DNA of 64,000 bases from the human T2T-CHM13v2.0 reference genome, Homo sapiens. Positions 54,461 through 64,000 of the stretch are shown in pieces. Within the stretch, counting starts at the first letter, position 1. Each line of letters starts with the position of its first letter. The stretch lies in assembly GCF_009914755.1 (NCBI RefSeq), contig NC_060925.1. One strand, written 5' to 3'. The notes under the pieces are model-generated. The model had not been told where the DNA came from. It made no database searches and saw only the letters and a list, made by a program, of their open reading frames with translations. A program made the translations under genes and the position numbers.

Positions 54461-57108
54461 TTGGTACAACGAATGTGTGCAAATTCCTTGGGCAATTTAT
54501 GTGAATGACTTTCTTTTCCTTTCTTACTATTTGTGATCAGCCAGAAAAAGCTAAGGGGAAGATTATGAGCCTCACAGGGCTCATTTATTCATTCATTCAA
54601 CACATATTGATTGCATGCCTGCTCTGTGCCAGGCAGTGTGCTGGGGTACCACTGTGAGTAAACAGCCCCTGCCTTCGTGATGCATATAATTTATGACACA
54701 AATCCCTCCTCCCTGATGCCGCTCTGAAAAAATGAGTAGTGACCCCCTCAAATATATCATTTGTTTTCTTAATAACCTATTATGCATCTGTCGCTCATCT
54801 AAATTTGGCATTAATCTGCTTGTTATGTCAAAGACAGGGGCCTAGTCAGACTCTGAGGTCAGGTTAACTTGGCCTCAAATCCTCTCTCCCTCCTGCCTCC
54901 TTTTGGCCTCAGTTTCCTTCTTTTTGGATTGGGTATAAGAATTCCCACTTAAAGCCACCCTAAGGAAGGCAGGAAAAGCACAAGTGCTCAATAAATGTTC
55001 ATTCTTTTCTCTCTTCTTTCATGGATTGAATAACTACATTCAATTTCAGGGCAGTTTTCATCAGAGGGCAGTTCATGGGCATCTTGTCTGGACCTCTCCT
55101 GTTTTCTAGGATGCTCATGCTGACAAGAATTTTGCACCAAGCTCTCCTAATGCTCTCTACCCCCCTGACTCCCTGATCCTATGCAGTGGGCGGCTGAGCC
55201 TGTGATCCTGGATGCAGGGCCCCTCGTCGACAGAGCATTACAAAAGACTCTCATGTACATTATCTCAATTACTCTTTCCAGCAGGCCCGCGAGGCAGGTG
55301 TGCTTAGCCTCATTTTATAGGCGAGATACCCAAGGCTCAGAGAGCTAAAGTGACTTTTGCAAGGTTACAAAGACAATTAGTGGCTGAGCTTGCCTTGAAA
55401 CCCAGGTGCCCTACCTCCTGCCTTAAGGTTTTTCTAGTCTCTTTGCACTGCTTCCCTGCCATGCCACCCCCCACTGCCTAGTGCTACATCACAAAGACCT
55501 GTGAAAAGTGAAACCCAGAGCGTTCTCAAGAAATGGAGGCACAAATGCACAGTTATTGTTTTTCTTGCAACTGTGTACGTGGGGGGCATTAACATTCACC
55601 CAGGAGCTGCTGAAATCCGCTCAACCAGAACAAGGCTGGTGAGGAGAGAACTGACCAAATTTGTTTACAGGGGGCTAATCTGGCTCTGTCTCTCACTCCA
55701 CACAGCCTGGGAGAAAGTCTAATTACAGCCTGACAGCCCAGAGTGTCTCATGGGAAGACGAATCTTGAATAAAAGTATGAAAATAGACTTGAATGGTGTG
55801 TGTGTGTGTGTGTGTATTTGTTTCCTGGTCCTGCAGTTCTAAGAGGGATTTCTGAGATAAGGATTATATAAGCCTAAGGTTGCCTACTGGAGGAGGCAGT
55901 GGAGATAAGCTAACCCTTAGGTGTGGACCCTGAAGTCCGGAGAAGTCACATGACTGTCCCAAGTTCCTGCAATGGGGTCTTGATACAGGTTAGCATAAGA
56001 ATCCAGGTGCCTGACTCTGGAGATTCTGAGTTCCCTCCGGGGAGTCCCCAAGGGCTTCCCCTTGTGTGGCAGGTGCATGGTGTTCCAGGTCCTGGGAGTT
56101 GGTCTCTAACCTGGTTTCTTGGCTTCTGATCCCAACTCCCCGATCCCTGCCCCTCACTGCATCCTCCAAGAGGATCCCAGAGTGCAAAGTACAAATCTGA
56201 TCAGGAGGCTCCACAGCCTCAATTCATTCAGTTGTACCTCCATGTCCTTAGGGATGAAATACATATCTGAGTCTTAGCAAAAACCAACAACAAAAAACCA
56301 AAACCACAAAACCCAAAGTTGATGGATGTGGCTTTGCCTGTCCTGCCAATCCTTCTCAAGGTATACTTAGTTCTAGCCCTCCAGATAGCTGGTTGAGCCC
56401 CAAGATGGCCATGCTCTTTGGTGCCTTACTGGATTTGCTTATTCTATTCTCAATGTCTGGGATGTTTGCTCTTTCTTCCTCTCTCTGTTTAAAGCAACTT
56501 CTGCATCAACCAAGCTCCTATCCCCTTCCTTCTGCTTCCTTCAAAGCATAAGTCTCACATCAGCAGCTGTTTGTGGCTGCTCCCAGTTTGGCCATCTGCA
56601 GCTCTCCATGGCACACTCACCCCTAGGCATGGCATGGTGATGGGCAGGTGATGTGTTCTCTTTATCTCTGAGTGTTCAATGTCCACCACAGTGTCTAACC
56701 CTAAGCCTTGATGGAATGAATGCAATAACTGATTGCCATGTGCATTATATCACTGACTATAACATAATAGTGAAAAACTTGTCAGCACTCCCACAGCTCA
56801 GGTTCTGACTGATCAATCCATTGGGTCACTATTGCTCTGAGACTTAAAGGCTACAATTTCTTTAAGGGTCTCATTTAAAATGTAAATACTCATGGGCTGA
56901 CAATATAAAGATGCCTCAAATACATAGAAAAATGGCACACACACACACAGTGGTCTACGTCAGTTTCTCAGTGCCATTACTTGTGCCGTTACTGATTGTG
57001 CCATTACTGATTCTTCAGATGGCATCTTGGGCACCGCTAAGAGTAAGCCCAACCCAAATAGCCATAGGTTGGTATTTCTGGAATAGAGAATCCTGACAGA
57101 AAGGATGG

Positions 57109-59374
57109 TGTATTCATCCATTTTGTGCAGTTGATAAATATACCCAAGACTGGGAAGAAAAAGAGGTTTAATTGGACTTATAGTTCCACATGGCTGGGGA
57201 GACTTCAGAATCATGGCAGGAGGCAAAAGGTACTTCTTACACGGCAGTGGCAAGAGAAAATGAGGAAGATGCAAAAGCAGAAACCCCTGATAAAACCATC
57301 AGATCTTGTGAGACTTATTCACTACCATAAGAACAGTATGGGGGGAACCGCCCTCATGATTCAAATTATCTCCTACCGGGTCCTTCCCACAACACGTGGG
57401 AATTATGGGAGTACAATTCAAGATCCGATCTGAGTAGGGACATGGAGCCAAACCATATCATTCCACCTCTGGCCCCTTGAAATCTCATGTTCTCACATTT
57501 CAAAATCAATCATGCCTTCCCAACAGCCCCCAAAGTCTTAACTCATTTCAGCATTAACCCAAAAGTCCACAGTCCAAAGTCTCATCTGAGACAAGTCAAG
57601 TCCCTTCCGCCTATGAGTCTGTAAAATCAAAATCTAATTACTTCCTAGATACAATGGGGGTACAGGTATTGAGTAAATACAGCCATTCCAAATGGGAGAA
57701 ATTGGCCAAAACAAAGTGGTTACAGGGCCCATGCAAGTCCAAAATCCAGCAGGTCAGTCAAATTTTAAAGCTCCAAAATTATCTCCTTTGACTGCACGTC
57801 TCACATCCAGGTCACACTGATGCAAGAGGTGGGTTCCCATGGTCTTGGGCAGCTCTGCCTATGTGACTTTGCAGGGTACAGCCTCCCTCCCAGCTGCTTT
57901 CACAGGCTGGCATTGAGTGTCTGTGGCTTTTCCAGGCAAGTGGTGCAAGCTGTCAGTGGATCAACCATTCTAGGGTCTGGAGGATGGTGGTCCTCTTCTC
58001 ACAGCTTCACGAGGTGGTGCCCCAGTAGGGACTCTGACCCCACATTTCCCTTCTGCACTACCCTAGCGGAGGTTCTCCATGAGCACCCTGCCTCTGCAGC
58101 AAACTTCTGCCTGTCATCCAGGTGTTTCCATACATGTTCTGAAATCTAGATGGAGGCCCCCAAATCCCAATTCTTGACTACTGTGCCCTCTCAGTCTCAA
58201 TACCATGTGGAAGCTGCCAAGGTTTGGGGCTTACACCCTCTGAAGTCATGGCGTGAGCTGTGCATTGGCCCCTTTCAACCATGGCTGGAGAGGCTGGGAT
58301 GCAGGGCACCAAGTGTACACCACATGTACACAGCATGGTGACCCTGCGCCCAGACCACAAAACCATTTTCTCCTAGGCCTTCAGGACTGTGTTGGGAGGG
58401 GCTGCCATGAAGACCTCCGACATGCCCTGGAGACATTTTCCCCATTGTCTTAGGGATTAACATTCAGGTCCTCGTTACTTATGCAAATTTCTGCAGCCAT
58501 CTTGAATTTCTCCCTAGAAAATGGGTTTTTCTTTTTTATCACATCATCGGGCTGCAAATTTTCTGAACTTTTATGCTCTGCTTCCCTTACAAAGCTGAAT
58601 GCCTTTAACTGCACCCAAGTCACATCTTCAATGCTTTGCTGCTTAGACATTTCTTCCACCAGATACCCTAAATCATCTTTCTCAAGTTCAAAGTTCCACA
58701 CATTCCTAGGGCAGGGGCCAACGCTGCAGGTCTCTTTGCTAAAACATGACAAGAGTCACCTTTGCTCCAGTTTTCAACAAGTTCCTCATCTCCATCTTAG
58801 ACCACCTCAGCCTGGACCTTATTGTCCACATCGCTATCAGGCTTTTTGTCAAAGCCATTCAACAAATCTCTAGGAAATTCCAAACTTTCCCACATTTTCC
58901 TGTCTTCTTCTGAGCCCTCCAAACTGTTCCAGCCTCTGCCTGTTACCCAGTTCCAAAGTCATTTCCACATTTTTGGGTATCTTTTCAGCAACGCCCCACT
59001 CTGCTGGTACCAATTTACGGCATTAGTCTGTTTTCACTCTGCTAATAAAGACATACCTGAGACTGGGAAGGAAAAGAGGTTTAACTGGACTTACAGTTCC
59101 ACATAGCTAGGGAGGCCTCCGAATCATGGTGGGAGGTGAAAAGGCATTTCTTACATGGTGGCAGCAAGAGAAAATGAGGAAGATGCAAAAGTGAAAACTC
59201 CTGATAAAACCATCAGATCTCGTGAGACTTATTCACTACCACGAGAACAGTATGGGGGAGACCGCCCCTATGATTCAAATTATCTTCCACCACGTCCCTT
59301 CCACCACATGTGGGAATTATGGGAGTACAATTCAAAATGAGATTTGGGTGGGGACATGGAGTCAAACCACATCA
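57109..59374 (-). mobile_element. Full-length THE1A MaLR element: LTR 57109-57460, internal 57461-59018, LTR 59019-59374
   Basis: Two ~355-bp LTRs with THE1A-type gactgggaagRaaaagaggtttaaYtggactta flank a ~1.56-kb THE1-int sequence ending ggtaccaatttac. Confidence 0.95.
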
Positions 59375-62300
59375 GGTGAGAAGTGAAAAGATTACAAAGA
59401 AAAACAGCATGCATTACGATTTTGCCTGGAAATGCTTGCTCATTCGGGTAAATTCAGTAAATATCAATTAGGTACTGTGTGTGTATATATGATATATATC
59501 TGTATGCATATACACACTTATATATATTTATAAACCCAATAATCATCAGACCCACTATATAGGAGGGATGATGAAGCCATAGTGGTGAAACAACTTGCCC
59601 AAAGTTGCAAGAATGGTTCATGGCTGTGCTGGGATTTCAATCCAGTTAGGTTTAGACCTAAAAACTGAAATCTTCCTGTAACTGTATAAAACATGCACCT
59701 GCTATCTGTCAGCAGTGGAAATACAGAGATGATTTAAATCATGGTCTTTGCTCTCAAAAAGCTCGCAGGGTATCGGGAGAACAGAAAGTAACAGACATCT
59801 CAGTGTGGTGCTGGGAGGGAATGGAAGGTTGGAAACTGTGGGAGAAGGCGATGTGACCAGGGACATTGTTTAGAATAGCCTGCTCATGGTGACCACACGA
59901 AAACAACTGACTTCTAGTGAGCTTTAGGATTGTTTTTAACATCTCCGCACACAGCGTGCTCCCTTATTGCTTGCACCAGGGGCAGATGAAGCCAGCCTGG
60001 CTATGGAGAGCTAGTTTCACTCACTGACTCTCAAATATCTGGTTCACAAAGACTTTGGGCCAGGCATAGTCTTGCCTTCCAGAAGTTCACAGAAATCACA
60101 AGCAGGATGAAGGACGATCCATCAAGTCAGTTGTCTTTTAAAGCGAGTGGTATGGCCTGGCACTGTGGGAACAGAGAGGGCTATGCTGCACCAAGCTGTG
60201 AGTGAAGGCACCACAGAGAAGGAGACAATTGACCAGTGGATAGGCCCGGAGAATTTGCTCAGGTTCAAAATTAACTCTGTTTTTATTGCAGCCAAATTCC
60301 GACACAGATTTTTTGAAGGACCACCCAGATTTGGCCGGAGCTGCTAACAATGCTGAATGCCTCTTTGAGAAAAGGTCTTTAATTTCTATTTTAATGAGCC
60401 AGACAGTGACTCCCTCTCATCCACCCCCTGAAATGCAAATACAAAGCTTCAGTATGAAGTAGGGAGCAGCAGGCACGCATTAGCCCATTCGTTGTTAAGC
60501 CTCTGATTGAGACCAATTACTAAACCAGCCCCGCTTCATTTCCAGTCGAAAACCCACTGTTAATGTCTGTTGGCTGCTACCAGGGACTGATGAGGTAATC
60601 AGGAGGAAAAGCAGATATAATAGATGTGTAATCTTACAAAGGGTGAAGAAGGGACGATGGGGAAGGCAGTGGGCAGGAGATGCTCATTTGCTAATTGCAG
60701 ACTTTGTACCAGGTACTGTGCTGAATATTTTTGCAGGCTTCTCCAGTGAGGGTGCAGGATATCATCTCCCAGTATACCCACACACCCACCCACACATATA
60801 CACATACATACACAGCCCCCAGAGAGATACCTTAAGCAAACCCACAAAACTGTATGTTCAGCCATCCATGTTGACCAACCAGTTAGCTGCACAGAGAAAC
60901 TTTATGTCTTCTATGACCACGGTTAGATTGGCCACGTCCATGTTGAAGTTGCTACTTTGAGTTGCTCTCAAAGTTTTCAACCCTTTAGATGCCATCATGG
61001 TACTGGAACTTGCGTAGAAGCAGCCCCTCTACCATGTTGCCACCTGGGATCTACAGCTGGAGTCATTCTATTAGCTTCTGCTGGTTGCATCGTTCTGCCA
61101 GAGGGGTTCACAATCAGTCCAAGGAACCAGCACACAGACTTCTCACATCCTCCCTCCAATAGTCTCTTTGCCAGATCCCTCCTTTCTTCCACTTTCTCTT
61201 TTCTTGGTACTTAAATGAAAGCTCTCATGCATATGAATGGGGAAAAATAGATTGTGAGAAGGGGGAGCATTGTTTGAATAAAACAGCAACAGCTGCTCAA
61301 AATGCCCAGTTGTGAATAGATTTCTTCATTTAGTGTTTAAATATCTTCATTTTAGATATTTAAATATCTTTAGATTAAATATCCTCATTTGGTGCTTGAT
61401 CCTATCCTGTTAGATAGGTATTATTTTATCCATTTTACAGATGAAGAAACTAAGGCTAGGAGACAACAACTGGCTAGTGGCACTTTCTGATCTAAAGCTG
61501 TGTTTTTTCCACTCCAGCACATTGCCTCCATTTGCACTACAGAATTTAGATCTCCTATTTGGACTGGGCCAGCACGGGGGGGAACGTGGCGCAGAGCTTC
61601 TAAAAGCTTTGCAGAGAGCACAGATCTGGATGTCACCCCGTGGGAGCAGTCTGAGCCAACATAGGACATGTTCCTTTCTGAGGTCATAACTCACAGGCTG
61701 ACTTAGATAGTGAAAAGTGTTTCCCTAAGACAGGCAATGTGTTTTCAAAATGAATTGCCATCTCCCTGTCTGTTCTGCGTGGTATTTTATAACTATCTAT
61801 CTTTGATAACAAAATGCTACAATTAAGGTGGAATCCACATATGCAAACCTAACAATTTTTTGGCATTTCCCATTCATCTTAGAACAGTTGGGCTGAAAGC
61901 AGATAGATGCCCCTCCCCCATCCCAGTGCAGGCTTGCACACATGCACACACACACACTCACTCATAGAGGCACTGAACACTCACTCCACTCACTCCCATT
62001 TCTTATTAGCTTTTCTCCTTTGATTTCATCCTGTGATGATTTTGCTTTCTTTGTCCCCTAGAAATTATATTCGTTCTCTGCTAAAGCATAATAGATCATC
62101 AGACTTGGAGCTGGAAGGCCCAGGCCTTAGTCCTGATATACCACTTAGCAGTTGCACCAGACCAAAAAGATCTGAAGTTTTGCAGTTGGACGGATTATAA
62201 ATCCATGACTCCAAGACTCGCCTGCTGTGTGATTGCAGGCAAATTACTTAACCACCCTGAATTTCAATATCCTTATTTTCAAAACTGCATTAGTATTACT

Positions 62301-62438
62301 GGCCTTCCACGGTTGCTGTGAAGATTAAGTAGACATGTAAGGTGGCAGGCACTGGGCTTGGGATTCCAAACATCTTAGTTTCATTTTCCCCCTCAATCGC
62401 TATCTGTCTGACTCTCAAGATTCTCTTCAGGATAACGA

Positions 62439-62665
62439 TTTTTTTTTTTTTTTTTGAGCTAGGGTCTGGCTCTGACACCCAGGCAGGAGCACAGTGGCGT
62501 GATCTTGGTTCACAAGATCTGATGATCCTCCCACCTCTGCCTCCGAGCTCAGGTGATCCTCCCACCTCAGCCTCCCAAGTATCTGGGACTACAAGTGTAT
62601 GCCACCATGCTTGGCTAACTTTTGTATTTTTTGTGGAGACAGGGTTTCACCATGTTGCCCAGGAT
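62439..62665 (-). mobile_element. 5'-truncated AluJ-like element with an internal insertion
   Basis: PolyT, right arm and the start of the left arm; TSD aggataacgatt/aggataatgatt. Confidence 0.88.
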
Positions 62666-62759
62666 AGGATAATGATTTTTAATCTCATGAGATTATTTTG
62701 AGAATCAAATGAGAAAATATGTCTAATCATATTCTGAAATAGTAATCTATTTTTAATTG

Positions 62760-63600
62760 CTTATTTGCTTATTCACTCAATCAACAACAATTTCCTATTA
62801 AAGATTTTATTGTTAAGTGATATGGATGATTATAAATAAGAATCAGACACAGAACTTACACTAAAGACATGTTCATTCTCCAGTTACGCCCTGCTCCCCT
62901 AGAAGAATATGAAACAAAAATTATAAGTGCTGCTAGCACATTTATGAGGTTGAACTTCCAAGCAGACACCTTTTAGATGGAGCCACCAGCAAAAGATCCA
63001 TGATGGATCTGACATTTGAGAAGATGCTTGGCAAAAAGGGAGGAGATGATGGATGAAGATAGTTCAGATGGAAGGCCCAGTGTGAGCAAAGCCACAGCAG
63101 CAGCAAAGCATGAGGAAGGTGAAGGGAACCTAGACTATGCTGTGGGGGATCATTGCAGAGTTGTGGTTGATAAGGCTGCAAAAATGGGCTGGGACTCATT
63201 TATGGAGGAATTTGGACTTTTACTCTTAGAGATAATGGGGGAGCCACTGCAGCTTTCTGAGTAGGACAGTGATGTTGTCAGAGACTGTTTCCTTGATGAT
63301 GAATCCAGCAGTGCTAGAGAGGGAGGGTTGAAGTGAGAAGTGGAGGCCCACTAGGAGTGGGTAATGAGAGTTACAGAGAGATGAGGCCCTGATATGGATC
63401 AAAGACAGTGAGGATGAAGGAGAGAAGCTTGGCAGGAAAATATTACAGAGGAATATGGTGGGGTATAAGGGACCGTGTTGGGGGTGGGGTGGGAGAGGTG
63501 ATAAAGGTTAAGGAGGAGTCCTAAAGCCATTGAGGGCTTGGGTAAGGAGAAAAGACATCAGAGACATTTAGAGAAGGAGCTGCTTTAAGAAGGAAGACCC
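62760..63600 (-). mobile_element. L2 fragments
   Basis: attcactcaatcaacaa...; atgggggagccactgcagctttctgagtagg...gtgatgttgtcagag wording. Confidence 0.5.
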
Positions 63601-63652
63601 GATTGCTTTTATTTCAGGGATCAGGGGAAGGCAGACCAGTTTTTCTGTGGGG

Positions 63653-63853
63653 CAGTGTTTCCCAGCCTAGGTACTCTTGATATTTTGGGCCGGACAATTT
63701 TTTGTCCTGGGCACTGTAGGATGTGTGGCAGCATCCCTGGCCTTTACGCACTAGGTGCCAGTAGCACAACTCCCCAAGTTGTGATAACACAAATATCTCT
63801 GAACATTGCCAAATATCCCCTGAGGGCAAAATCACCCCCAGTGGAGGACACTG
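63653..63853. mobile_element. MER20 hAT-Charlie DNA transposon
   Basis: cagtg...cactg termini; internal gcagcatccctggcctt...cactaggtgccagtagcac...cattgccaaatatcccctgagggcaaaatc. Confidence 0.92.
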
Positions 63854-64000
63854 TTGTAGCGGAGGTTGTCTCCTCATGAGAAAAGCTGTGGGAGGAGTGG
63901 GGGAACTTGAGCTACACTTCCCAGGGGGCTCTGTGGATCTGTTTCAGGAACTTTGACTACGGATGAGAAAGGACGGAAGTTGGTAGAAAGAGGTGGCCTC

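Noticed and set aside
57820-59340. Cluster of ORFs suggesting a retroviral gene
   Set aside because: Fragmented frames in degenerate non-autonomous THE1-int and LTR sequence; no intact gag/pol.
60433-60446. OCT4-SOX2 composite element (ATGCAAATACAAAG)
   Set aside because: The relative orientation of the octamer and SOX site does not match the canonical composite.
59400-64000. C8A exon 1
   Set aside because: Expected nearby from recalled gene order, but I found no matching signal-peptide coding sequence; it presumably lies beyond the window.

Overview
Human genomic DNA, Alu/L1/L2/MIR/MaLR-rich and CpG-depleted. The only protein-coding gene I can support is FYB2 (C1orf168/ARAP, ADAP/FYB family, 1p32.2) on the minus strand. 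Its first coding exon ends ATG GAA GGG|gtaagg at 29829-29821, followed by a 26.5-kb intron and a 748-nt exon 2 (3339-2592). The gene continues off the left edge. The right ~34 kb is intergenic; from recalled gene order it leads toward the divergent C8A gene, whose exons I do not see here. Almost all other ORF-track entries are repeat-derived or chance ORFs. There is no prokaryote-type system (CRISPR, operon, etc.). The most interesting signals are: (1) a candidate alternative first coding exon of FYB2 (ATG GAG CAG GAG|gtaagc at 4820-4809); (2) a 12-nt direct repeat at both ends of intron 1 that recreates a 5' splice site 6 nt into exon 2; (3) a perfect 35-bp-arm hairpin inside an old L1; (4) several templated-insertion scars; (5) a strong-Kozak uORF upstream of the FYB2 start; (6) a strong CTCF motif in the intergenic region. 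Repeat subfamily names are from recalled consensus sequences, and old-repeat boundaries are approximate.
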